Source: Chloroflexota bacterium
GTDB taxonomy: Bacteria; Chloroflexota; Dehalococcoidia; DSTF01; RBG-16-68-14
Direction: 5' to 3'
Assembly: GCA_029262675.1 (NCBI GenBank)
Contig: JAJCYW010000009.1
Coordinates: 47,198 to 111,197, forward strand
Length of the DNA stretch: 64,000 nt
The first letter of the stretch is position 1. Every line of letters begins with the position of its first letter. Made by a program: the position numbers and the translations under genes. Of the stretch, positions 27,288 to 36,563 are shown piece by piece. The notes beneath the pieces are model-generated. The model was not told the origin of the DNA. It worked only from the letters and a program-made list of their open reading frames with translations, and searched no databases.

Positions 27288-29351
27288 ATGGTGCATTTGA
27301 AAGTCCGACCCAGGAATACGATCCTCTTGGCCGCCGCCGTCGCTCTCGGCCTCGTCGTGGTGTGGGGCATAAGCATCATTTACGCAACTCTCACCACGCC
27401 CACCATGGATCTTAAGTCGACGACAGCGGACGTCACGATCCTGGGAGCGACAGGCGGATTACCTCAAGGCGACGCCATCGGCAGGCGTCTTGCGGCGGGA
27501 GATTTCAACGGCGACACGATAGCCGATGTTCTCATCGGCGCGCCAAACGCGGACGGGCCGGGTAATGCTCGCCTCGACTCGGGGGAGGCCTACGTCGTCT
27601 TTGGGCGGAGCGTCGGATCGCCGATCACGGTCGACATCAATAGCGGCGGCCAGGACGTCACGATTGTCGGCGCCGCCACGGGGAACCGCCTTGGCACGGC
27701 CGTCGCAGCCGGAGACGTCAACGGTGATACGTTCGACGACGTCATCATCGGCGCATCGGAGGCCGCCAACGGAGCGCTGTTGAGCGCCGGCGCGGTCTAT
27801 GTATTCTACGGTTCGGCAGCGATTTCCGGCACCAAGGACATCTCCAGCGTCGCGCCGGACGTGACGATCAAGGGCGGCAGCGCCCTGGATAAGCTCGGCC
27901 AAGCGCTCGCCGCGGGCGACATCGACAACGATGGCGATGACGACATCATCATCGGCGCACCACGGTCGCCCGCCGGCGGCCGGGCAGAAGCCGGCCAGGT
28001 CTACGGCATCTTCGGCTCCGGTTCGCTGCCCGCGACGCTCACGACCGGCGCCCTGGGAACGGCCGGATTCTCAATCATCGGCGCGAGTTCAGGCGACACG
28101 CTTGGATCCGACGTCGCCGTGGGGCGGGTGGACAGCGACAGCAACGCGGACATCCTCATCGGCGCGGAAAACGCGCTAGATGCCATCGGGGTCATGAGCG
28201 GTGAAGCCTATCTTGTGCTGGGCTCCCCGGCGCCCGGCAGCTCGATCGATCTGGCTGTCGGAGGCTGGGCTCTGAAAGTCGTCGGCGCTGATGAGGTAGA
28301 CGAGTTGGGTTCCCGTGTGGTTATCGGCGATGTCAACAACGACGGCTTCGGCGACATGATCATCGCGGCACCGAACGCTGCCGGCCCCGGCAACGTCAGG
28401 AACGCGGGCGGGTTCGGCGCGGGCGAGGCTTACGTCGTCTATGGCGCCGCGACCGTGTCCGGCACGGTCAACATCGTGCCCGGCGGGGGGAGCATCACGA
28501 CCATCTATGCCGCCGAAGCCGAGGATGAGATGAGTCGAGTCGGTGCGGCGGACGTGGATGGCGATACCATCGCTGACATTGTGTTCAGCTCCGACGACGG
28601 AGACGGCGCCGGTAACAGCCGGACCGACGCCGGCGAAGCATTCGTGTCCTACAGTTCCTCCACGCTTCCGGCGGCTGGTACTGTGATCGACGTCGCTGGC
28701 ACAGTGCCGGGCTCGGTCACGCCTGCGCTTACCGTCTTCGCCGCGGAGGCGCTTGATGACCTTGGCGCCGGGTATCTCGTTGCCGACTTCGACGGAGACA
28801 ACGGCGGCGACCTGGTGATCGGCGCGCCGGGCGCGGACGGGCCTTCGAACGGTCGCCCTAACGCAGGCGAGGTCTACGTGCTGCTGGGAGCGGCCGGTAC
28901 GCCACCGGGGCCGACGGCGACGCCTACGATCACGCCGACGCCGTGCCCAGGGGGCAAGGTGCCAGCTAGCGGTGGTGGGTGCGGCACGCCCACGCCGACG
29001 CCTCCCAAGCTCCCGTTCCCCGCCGACACCGACGGCGACGGTTGCGCCGACGTGAACGAGAGCTTACCTAAGGCCCAGTCATCTAATGGCGGGGGCCGTG
29101 ACTGGCTGAACCCCTGGGACTACTACAACGTCAACGGTGACGGCGTCATCGATTTGTTGAACGACATCCTCGGCGTAATCCAGCACTATCAGCCAACGCC
29201 AGGAGGAGCTGCGCCGTACGGCGCAGCATTCGACCGCGGGCCGACTACAGGGCCTCACCCGTGGAACATGACGGCGCCAGACGGTGTCATCGACCTGCTG
29301 AACGACGTTTTGGGAGTAATACTGCAGTACAACCCGACGGGCTGCACATAG
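27288..29351 (+). CDS. FG-GAP repeat protein with an N-terminal signal-anchor and C-terminal dockerin-like Ca-binding repeats
   Basis: Start at ATG 27288 with a GGAGGAGAGA RBS. TM segment ILLAAAVALGLVVVWGISIIY. Repeated GDVNGD...AGE(A/V)YV(V/F)(F/Y)G blades. C-terminal NVNGDGVIDLLNDILGVIQHY ... APDGVIDLLNDVLGVILQY pair. Confidence 0.7.
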   Translation: MVHLKVRPRNTILLAAAVALGLVVVWGISIIYATLTTPTMDLKSTTADVTILGATGGLPQGDAIGRRLAAGDFNGDTIADVLIGAPNADGPGNARLDSGEAYVVFGRSVGSPITVDINSGGQDVTIVGAATGNRLGTAVAAGDVNGDTFDDVIIGASEAANGALLSAGAVYVFYGSAAISGTKDISSVAPDVTIKGGSALDKLGQALAAGDIDNDGDDDIIIGAPRSPAGGRAEAGQVYGIFGSGSLPATLTTGALGTAGFSIIGASSGDTLGSDVAVGRVDSDSNADILIGAENALDAIGVMSGEAYLVLGSPAPGSSIDLAVGGWALKVVGADEVDELGSRVVIGDVNNDGFGDMIIAAPNAAGPGNVRNAGGFGAGEAYVVYGAATVSGTVNIVPGGGSITTIYAAEAEDEMSRVGAADVDGDTIADIVFSSDDGDGAGNSRTDAGEAFVSYSSSTLPAAGTVIDVAGTVPGSVTPALTVFAAEALDDLGAGYLVADFDGDNGGDLVIGAPGADGPSNGRPNAGEVYVLLGAAGTPPGPTATPTITPTPCPGGKVPASGGGCGTPTPTPPKLPFPADTDGDGCADVNESLPKAQSSNGGGRDWLNPWDYYNVNGDGVIDLLNDILGVIQHYQPTPGGAAPYGAAFDRGPTTGPHPWNMTAPDGVIDLLNDVLGVILQYNPTGCT

Positions 29352-29358
29352 CCAAGCT

Positions 29359-30366
29359 ATGATGACCATTCCGACTGACAGCTCCGAGATCGTCGACCTG
29401 TTGCGCGAGCGCGTTCCCGAATTTGCCTCCGGCGCACTGCGAATCGAGTCGTGCGAACCGCGGTGGGTCAGGAAGAAGATGCGCAAGCACCTTGCGGAGT
29501 TCGAGGTTCGATTTCTTGGCCAGGGTGGCAGCCGTCAATCAATCTCAATCATCGCGAAGCAGTACCCAAAAGACAGAGGAGGCCACGCCTATCTCGCGAT
29601 GTGCTGGCTGCACGCGCAAGGCTTCTGGCCAGAGGCGTCGTTGAGCGTCTCGAGGGCGCTATTCTACGATCCGCAGCGATTCCTGCTCTTGCAAGGGAAG
29701 GCAGAAGGGGTGGAGGTGGCGTCGGCCCTGCAGGATGGCGAATCGACTCTGCGCCGTCGTTCGCAACAGGCGGCGCATTGGCTGGCGATGCTACACCAAA
29801 GCGATGGGGGCGGGTTCAAGCGTTCGCGTGCCAGTGCCGTGCGTTCGATTCACTCGCGGTTGAGGCGGCTCGCGAAGGAGTATCCTGACATCCAACCTCG
29901 TCTCGATCGCTTCGGCGAAGAGCTCGTGCAGCGGCTGCGGGACTCCCGGGAGTGCCCCTCCGTACCGACTCACGGCGACTACCATCCGAAGAACATCTTT
30001 GCCCAAGATGACCAGGTGACGGTCATTGACCTCGATCACTTCGGCTTGCGCGAGGCGGCCGCCGACGTTGGGTATTTCCTCGGTCAGATGGCGATTATGG
30101 CGTACCTGAAGCTCGGATCGTTCTCCGCTGCCCTGCCTGCAGTCGATAGCTTCCTGGAAGCGTACCACGACCGCGCAGACCTTCCTGTGCCCTGGGATCG
30201 CACGGCAACTCATGTCAGCCGTACCTTCGTCCAGAGCCTTCACTATGAACTCTGCGTCCTCCGCAACGGGCGGACGGACCTCATCGAAGGGTGGCTCCAC
30301 CAAGCAGAGCAATGGCTCCAATGTGAGAGCCCGGACGGAATCGAAGAGTTACTCGGCAAGTCGTGA
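29359..30366 (+). CDS. protein-kinase-like phosphotransferase (APH/CotS/maltokinase-like family)
   Basis: Brenner catalytic motif HGDYHPKN and metal-binding IDLDHFG. About 335 aa. The start lies 8 nt after the upstream stop. Confidence 0.6.
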   Translation: MMTIPTDSSEIVDLLRERVPEFASGALRIESCEPRWVRKKMRKHLAEFEVRFLGQGGSRQSISIIAKQYPKDRGGHAYLAMCWLHAQGFWPEASLSVSRALFYDPQRFLLLQGKAEGVEVASALQDGESTLRRRSQQAAHWLAMLHQSDGGGFKRSRASAVRSIHSRLRRLAKEYPDIQPRLDRFGEELVQRLRDSRECPSVPTHGDYHPKNIFAQDDQVTVIDLDHFGLREAAADVGYFLGQMAIMAYLKLGSFSAALPAVDSFLEAYHDRADLPVPWDRTATHVSRTFVQSLHYELCVLRNGRTDLIEGWLHQAEQWLQCESPDGIEELLGKS

Positions 30367-32342
30367 CACAACGGATTCCATTTGCACTCGTCCACCACGC
30401 CAACCAGTACCTGATCACGAACGGATACGAGAATCGCGAGGGAGTGTCTAACGTCCTCGATCGGCTCTCGTCGTTCCTTGAGCTTCACGAGCGCTTTAGA
30501 ATCCCATTCAACCTGCACATAAGCGGCACCCTCATCGAGGCGATCCTTTGGTACCGGCCGCGATTTCTGAATCAGGTGAAACGCCTGCGCGAAGCCGGGA
30601 TCGTGAAGCTCGTCGGTGGCTCGTACGGCCAGAACATCATGCCGCTCTCTTCGCCCGAGCATAACCGTCGGCAGCTCCGAGAGCTCCTGAGCGTCTATGA
30701 GCGACACCTCGATTGTCCGCCGGAGACTGTCAAGGTCTGCTGGATACCAGAGCGCGTCTGGAGCACTGAAGCCCTAGCTTCGGCTCTAACAGATGGCGGT
30801 CTTCCCAACGGTGGGTATCGCGCCGTCCTGCTGGACGATCGCTTGCTCTACGACATTGGACGGGCGTATGAAGGCAGTTCTCGTCAGCGCTTCGACGCGA
30901 CCGGTCCGGCGGACGTCCTACCGTGGCCTGACGGCGAGGCGGAGGGTTGGGATCCCGAGAGCGTCTGCGCGATCGCGATCGAATCAGGGAAAGGCCTGGT
31001 CGCCATACCGTTCTCGGCCGGAGTTCGTTACGCAATCCCACCGTCCCGTGAAGGTCATTGGAGCTTCCTGTCGTCGTTCGTCGCCCGACTGCGCGAACAC
31101 GGGCGGCCAAATTCGATCCTCGTATTCGCCGACGACGTTGAGAAGTCGGCCGGTATTGGAAGCTGGGATGCACGAGGTCCGGCTCAATACCGAGCTCTTT
31201 TGAAGTGGCTGGTGAAACATGAGGGGCTACGTCCTGTATTCCTCGACGAGTGGCTTGGCGAGCTGCCTGAGAAGATGCCGCAGAGGCCCATTGATGACGG
31301 AACATTCTACGAACTCGATCGTCAATGGGGAGCCAGCAACGACTATCGTGGTTGGTGGGACAGCGATGCCTGGCGCCCACATCGCGGCTACCTCGAGACG
31401 AGTGAGGCTGCGCTAGCCGACGCTGAGGACGCGGGAGCTGATAAGCGACTGCTGGAGCTTGGCTGGAAGCACCTGCTAGCCTCCTCGTACGAAAGCGGAT
31501 GGTTTGCTGAAACGGGAGGGTCGATTGGGCCAGCACCGTGGTCCCAGGCGCTGGCTAGTCACGCGCGGGCGTCTATAGTGATCGCAGAGGCGGCCAAGTG
31601 GCAGCATGATGTCGATGCGGCGCCGGACGTGAGGCGACTCGATGTTGATGCTGACGGTGAGGAGGAGTTCGTGCTGACCAACGACCAGATCTCTGCCGTC
31701 GTATCTCCAAAGCACGGCGGGAGGCTCGTCTACCTGTTCGAACGCGGAAACGACGGCGGGCGCCTGATGGTCGGTAACCCAACTGACGATTGGAACTGGC
31801 AGCAGGAGCTAAACCGCTACATGGATCAGCCTCCCAACCATCCGGGAGCCTTTGCAGACGTGGGTTTCGAGCACAACGCGTACGAAATCGACGATGTAAG
31901 CTGCGACTCGGATTCAGCAGTCGCTCGCCTCCGCAACACAACTCCGACTAGTCCTCTCACACGATCGAGCAAGACCTTCGCGCTCATGGCCGGCGAGTCT
32001 ATTCTCGTCGTTTGTTACCAGCTAGTAGGGCTTCGATTCCTGTCCACTGAGTTTTGTCTCTCGCCTGACTATCTCAATCTGCTCAGGGACGGGAGCCGGA
32101 ACGTCCGTGCGCTGCGCGGCCCGACGTGGCGAGGCTGGCGCCACGATAACGCTCGAGTCTGGGTTGCGCTGGTGGACGCGGAGCAAACGCAATGGGACAA
32201 GCCAAAGCAGCGTCGCGTTGGACATGGACTCGCTCTGCGTGTGACCGCTCAAACCCCGCACTTCCATGTCGTATTAGGGCTCGGGCGAGTCTCACGAGCG
32301 AAGATGAATCGCGCGATCGATTCTCTGCACAGCGTCCGCTGA
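30363..32342 (+). CDS. GH57-like glycoside hydrolase-family protein
   Basis: N-terminal ...ALVHHANQY and WIPERVW (GH57 region with the catalytic Glu, cf. W(L)xERVW). The GTG start overlaps the upstream stop (GTGA). Confidence 0.5.
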   Translation: MTQRIPFALVHHANQYLITNGYENREGVSNVLDRLSSFLELHERFRIPFNLHISGTLIEAILWYRPRFLNQVKRLREAGIVKLVGGSYGQNIMPLSSPEHNRRQLRELLSVYERHLDCPPETVKVCWIPERVWSTEALASALTDGGLPNGGYRAVLLDDRLLYDIGRAYEGSSRQRFDATGPADVLPWPDGEAEGWDPESVCAIAIESGKGLVAIPFSAGVRYAIPPSREGHWSFLSSFVARLREHGRPNSILVFADDVEKSAGIGSWDARGPAQYRALLKWLVKHEGLRPVFLDEWLGELPEKMPQRPIDDGTFYELDRQWGASNDYRGWWDSDAWRPHRGYLETSEAALADAEDAGADKRLLELGWKHLLASSYESGWFAETGGSIGPAPWSQALASHARASIVIAEAAKWQHDVDAAPDVRRLDVDADGEEEFVLTNDQISAVVSPKHGGRLVYLFERGNDGGRLMVGNPTDDWNWQQELNRYMDQPPNHPGAFADVGFEHNAYEIDDVSCDSDSAVARLRNTTPTSPLTRSSKTFALMAGESILVVCYQLVGLRFLSTEFCLSPDYLNLLRDGSRNVRALRGPTWRGWRHDNARVWVALVDAEQTQWDKPKQRRVGHGLALRVTAQTPHFHVVLGLGRVSRAKMNRAIDSLHSVR

Positions 32343-32442
32343 GCCGCGAGAGCCTTGCGGCCTCCTAAGCCTCCAATTTCAGAGGCCCTAAGCTTCCGCT
32401 ACGAAGGGTCAAAGGCGGGTGAATAGAGGTGATACTGAATCT

Positions 32443-32516
32443 GGAGCGGGAGACGGCGCTCGAATTCGCGACCCCTTCGGCTTCGCTCAGGACAGGCCTC
32501 TGCTTGGGAAGCAGAT
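32443..32516 (+). repeat. intergenic repeat family, copy C
   Basis: TGGAGCGGGAGACGGCGCTCGAATTCGCGACCCCTTCGGCTTCGCTCAGGACAGGCCTCTGCTTGGGAAGCAG. Shares both the 5' TGGAGCGGGAGACG block and the core with copy A. Lies between convergent genes. Confidence 0.45.
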
Positions 32517-32663
32517 GTGGGGCAAACGACGTGGTTCTCGTCAAGCTTTGGCAGCTATTAAACAGAGCGGAACCAGCAAGTACTACGGCTCGCAGAGATC
32601 GTCATCTCCCGCGCGGCAACCGAGATCGAGGCGACGCGGCCGCGCTCGTGGCTCACACGAGGG

Positions 32664-33941
32664 TCACTTAGCCCCGTCGGTGTCCGTGGCCTCGCCCGAT
32701 AGGTCGGGTTCGTTGGGCCGCCAGCCGCCGCCCTGAGCCTGCTTCTGCGCCTGTTCCATCGTCACCTTCATCGCGGCGGCGGCGCGCTCGTCGCCCTGAA
32801 TCTTCGCCACCACGGCGGCAGTCGCGCCGCTGATGAGGTCCTTCTTGTTCTCCTCGACGAAGTCGGCCGAGGCCTGCAAGCTCCGCGTATAGCCGTTCAG
32901 TTCCGGCGCGACGTAGCGAGCGAAGAGATCCCAAGACCTCAGTGTCGCCTCCCGGTTCGCCCAGTCGTGGACGAAGCCGATTACCACGCCGAAGCCTCCC
33001 GTCACCCCCTGGAGATTGCGAATCGCGGCGACCAGCTCGTCCGGCGTGCCGATGACGGACGCGCCGCCGCCCGCCGCGCCCTGGCCGGCGACCTGGGCCA
33101 GCAGCTCGTCGGGGTCATCGACGTGCGTGGCGCCGGGGCGGCCCAGCACGCGCACGGTGTATTCGTTGTGCCAGCGATGGAGACCCTGCCGCGCCTCGTC
33201 CTCGGCCTGCTTCTTCGACTCGGCAAGGTGCCAGCTCATCAGCACGCGCCAGTCCTTGCGCTCGACCGTTTGGCCGTGCTTCTCGGCCGCCTCTTCGGCG
33301 AACGACCACTGCGTCGGCAGCGCCGTAAGGCCTGCCGTCGACGTCGATGCAATCGATATCACGCCGATGCCGTACTTGCCTGCGATCTGCATCCCGGACG
33401 GTGAAATCGACGACGCGGTGACCGTCGGCATCTCTTCCTGGAGCGGCAGGATTTGCAGCTTGGCGTCGTGCAGTTGGAACCAGTCGCTCTCGTAGCTGAA
33501 GCGCTCTTCGCCGCGCAGCAGCCGAATAATGACGCCCAGCGCTTCGTCCTGCTGGTCGCGCTGGCCCATTGGGTCGATGCCGAGCGTGTGGGCATCGGAC
33601 GGCAACGCGCCGGGCCCAGAGCCGAACATAGCCCGGCCTTTCGTCATGTGATCGAGCTGCGCTATGCGCTGCGCGACGTTGAACGGGTGGTGATATGGCA
33701 ACGAGACGACGCCTGTGCCGAGCATGATGCGCTCGCTGCGCTGGCCCGCGGCGGCGAGAAACATCTCCGGCGACGCGATCATCTCCCAGCCGGAAGAGTG
33801 GTGCTCGCCGCACCAGAACTCGTCGTAGCCGAGCCGGTCCAGGTGCGCGACGAAGTCGAGGTCGCGCTGGAACTGGAGCATCGGGTGTTCGCCGAGCGGG
33901 TGATGTGGCGCCAGAAACGCGCCGAACTTCAGTCTGTTCAT
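32664..33941 (-). CDS. LLM-class (luciferase-like) flavin-dependent oxidoreductase
   Basis: Start at MNRLKFGAF, which has a GGAGGA RBS. FGAFL...HH...LGYDE.W..EHH, the classic LLM N-terminus. C-terminal ~80 aa extension. Confidence 0.75.
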   Translation of the reverse strand: MNRLKFGAFLAPHHPLGEHPMLQFQRDLDFVAHLDRLGYDEFWCGEHHSSGWEMIASPEMFLAAAGQRSERIMLGTGVVSLPYHHPFNVAQRIAQLDHMTKGRAMFGSGPGALPSDAHTLGIDPMGQRDQQDEALGVIIRLLRGEERFSYESDWFQLHDAKLQILPLQEEMPTVTASSISPSGMQIAGKYGIGVISIASTSTAGLTALPTQWSFAEEAAEKHGQTVERKDWRVLMSWHLAESKKQAEDEARQGLHRWHNEYTVRVLGRPGATHVDDPDELLAQVAGQGAAGGGASVIGTPDELVAAIRNLQGVTGGFGVVIGFVHDWANREATLRSWDLFARYVAPELNGYTRSLQASADFVEENKKDLISGATAAVVAKIQGDERAAAAMKVTMEQAQKQAQGGGWRPNEPDLSGEATDTDGAK

Positions 33942-34203
33942 ATCCGTTCCTCCGGGTGAATCATAGCGGCCATGAAGCGTTGCTAATTGGCCGGCGTCGC
34001 ATCGCTGAAACCTAGATCCGAACGCGGGACGCGGTTGGTTGCCGAAGCTTACTTGGCGCCGTATTGGGGCGTCAAGCTGAAAAGCGAATTGCGGCACGGT
34101 GTGGCATACTGGGCCTGAGCCGGTATTGTGCTTGGCATTCACGGGCAACGTGGCCCCGGGCCGGGCTGCTCGTATCATCTAAAGAAGGCTCAACGGAGGC
34201 ATC

Positions 34204-35379
34204 ATGACTACTGAGACACGATATGAAGGCGGGCTTGGCATCGAGCCGGGCAGCGATCCCTACGAATCGTATGAGCGCATGAGGCGGGACGCTCCCGTGA
34301 ACCGTGTGGGCGAGGGCTTCTGGGCCGTCGCCAAGTTTGAGGATGTTAACGCGATCCTCCGCGATTGGCAGACCTTCTCATCGATTGTCGGCGCGAAAGC
34401 GATCTCGGGCGAGGTGCCCGCGAGCGGCATGATATTCAACGACCCGCCAATCCATACGCGACTGCGCGGCATGATCCAGAAGGCGTTCACGCCGCGGGTC
34501 GTCGAGGAGCAGCGCCCGGCGATCCAGGCCTACTGCGATGAGCTTGTGGAGAAGATGCTGGCCGAGGAGGACCCGGACCTGGTCGCCTCGCTGGCGTACC
34601 CGCTGCCGGTTATGGTGATCGCCAACATGCTGGGCGTCGCTGACGGCGACATGGCGGTGTTCAAGCGCTGGTCCGACGTCATCATCCAGAACATTGGCCC
34701 TTCGCTTCTGAACGGGGATGACAGTGGACTTGGCGACACGAACGCTGAGTTCAACGCCTACTTTGGAGAACGGCTTGAAGAGTTGCGTCGCCAGCCCGAC
34801 GACAGCCTTCTGAGCGGGCTCATTCAGGTAGAGACCGAAGAGGGGAAGCTGACGCGGGACGAGCTGCTGATGTTCTGCCGGCTGCTCCTGGTCGCGGGGA
34901 ACGAGACGACGACGGGTCTGATCGTGAACTCAATGCGTGTCTTTTCGGAGTTCCCGGACGCTCTCCAGCAGGTCAAGGAGGACCTCGACCTGATACCTGT
35001 CGCCGTCGAGGAGGCGCTGCGCTACTACGCGCCGTTCCAGGCGACCATCCGCCGGGCGACGAAGGACGTCGAACTGCGCGGCCAGAAGATCGCGAAGGAC
35101 GAACGCATCCTCGTACTCCTCGCGTCGGCCAATCGCGATGAGGAGGCCTTCGAGAACCCAAAGGACTTCCGCCTCGACCGCGGCCGCAATAGGCACGTCG
35201 CGTTCGGCTTCGGCATCCACTCCTGCGTCGGCGCGCCGCTCGCTAGGCTGGAAGGCGGCATCGCGCTGGCCACGCTGCTTCCGAAGATCCGGAGCGTCAC
35301 GCTGCTGGACGATGATGCCGGCGAGATGCTGCTCCCTGGCGGCCCGAACTCACTGAGAGTCCACTTCGAACTCGAGTAG
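34204..35379 (+). CDS. cytochrome P450
   Basis: Heme-binding loop FGFGIHSCVGAPLA, EXXR (EEALRY), and I-helix AGNETT. GGAGG RBS. Confidence 0.9.
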   Translation: MTTETRYEGGLGIEPGSDPYESYERMRRDAPVNRVGEGFWAVAKFEDVNAILRDWQTFSSIVGAKAISGEVPASGMIFNDPPIHTRLRGMIQKAFTPRVVEEQRPAIQAYCDELVEKMLAEEDPDLVASLAYPLPVMVIANMLGVADGDMAVFKRWSDVIIQNIGPSLLNGDDSGLGDTNAEFNAYFGERLEELRRQPDDSLLSGLIQVETEEGKLTRDELLMFCRLLLVAGNETTTGLIVNSMRVFSEFPDALQQVKEDLDLIPVAVEEALRYYAPFQATIRRATKDVELRGQKIAKDERILVLLASANRDEEAFENPKDFRLDRGRNRHVAFGFGIHSCVGAPLARLEGGIALATLLPKIRSVTLLDDDAGEMLLPGGPNSLRVHFELE

Positions 35380-35521
35380 GGCGGGGGCGAGTGGCAGTTC
35401 GTAGGCGACGCGCGTCATCTCGCGGATACTGTGTCCGTGCTAGCCTGCGGTTCAGTTAACCGAGGGGCCGGTCAATTGCGGCCGCTGGTCAACGAGTTCA
35501 GGCGCGCACGGAGAACTCGGC

Positions 35522-36097
35522 CTAGAGCTTCACGAACTCCTCGACTTCACCGTCCGCTATGGAATAGATGATAAAGGGCTGCTCCTTCTTGCCGCTCATG
35601 CCAGGTGAGCCGTCCGGCATGCCCGGCAGCGCGATGCCGTCGATCTCCGGCTGCTCTTGGAGGAGCTTCCAGATTGCCTCTACGGGAACGTGCCCTTCCA
35701 CGTAGTAGTCGCCCATAATTGACGTGTGACAACTCCGCATGTCCTCCGGGATGCCGTAATCATCCTTGACTTCGTCGCCACTGTCCGTCATCACCTCGTT
35801 TATCTCGAACCCCTCGTCCTCCAGGTATTCACGATACCCTCCGCAACATCCTCACGTAGGCGACCTGTACAACGTGACAACGACATCCCGCCCGACGGGG
35901 GCGGGCGAGCCGGTGCTATCCGAGACCACACCTGGCACGTCCGACGTTGCCGCTGGCTCAACGTCCGTCGTCCCTCCGCACGCCGCGACGAGGAGGACGA
36001 CTAATGTGGCTACAGCGCCCAGAAGCAAGAATGAGTCCGGGCGACGAATCGTCAACCGGTTGGCTCTCGTAAGACGGTTCAAAGCGTTTTCCTCCAA
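35522..36097 (-). CDS. CopG/DUF411-like periplasmic metal-binding lipoprotein interrupted by an in-frame TGA at the first Cys of its CxCC motif (selenocysteine candidate or nonsense-mutated pseudogene)
   Basis: Minus-strand frame reads [lipoprotein signal ...LLVAACGG]...VVVTLYRSPT-TGA-GCCGGYREYLEDEGFEINEVMTDSGDEVKDDYGIPEDMRSCHTSIMGDYYVEGHVP...GIALPGMPDGSPGMSGK.... Same frame on both sides of the TGA (plus 35852-35854). Family consensus as I recall it is YKSPTCGCC ... SCHTA..GY.IEGHVP ... PGMPxGSPGM. Confidence 0.5.
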
Positions 36098-36563
36098 GTG
36101 TCCTGTACGTCAATCACTGAGACGAGTCGCTCGGACACCCTCTCAGATTCACCAAAGTTAGCCCACACCTATACTGTATGGGTTTCTACCCCAAGGAAGA
36201 CAAGGGCTGGTCGGCCCGTCTTCATGGTTCATCCGGCGGCTCAGCCGCGATCTGACTTACGATGTCAACCAACGGTTCTTCGACCTCCAGAATGCGGTGG
36301 CGTGCCGCTTCACGTCCTCCACGGTATCGCGGTTGATGTTCACGCCCTGGAGCCCAACGACGACCGGGTTGCTCAGGTTCATCACACGAGTGGCCGCGTG
36401 GGTTCGCCGTCTTCGGCGTGCGTGCCCGAACTACCCTGAACATCGGCAGGCTGGCGGAAGCGAAGCCTGGGCGATGCCAGCGCTTCCGCGTGCCAGGACT
36501 ACGTGGTGATCATGCCGGAGCTTCTAAATGGGTTAGCGTCGGCTGCCCCTGTGTCGCCGCGGT

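Noticed and set aside
32664-34178. Full 504-aa ORF for the LLM oxidoreductase
   Set aside because: The first 79 codons lack LLM similarity, and the internal ATG (MNRLKFGAF) has a strong GGAGGA RBS. The shorter 32664..33941 is used instead.
35380-35521. Possible bidirectional terminator between convergent P450 and CopG-like genes (GTTAACCGAGGGGCCGGTCAATTGCGGCCGCTGGTCAAC)
   Set aside because: Only an imperfect palindrome around CAATTG. No clean GC stem followed by a U-tract, so it is not called.
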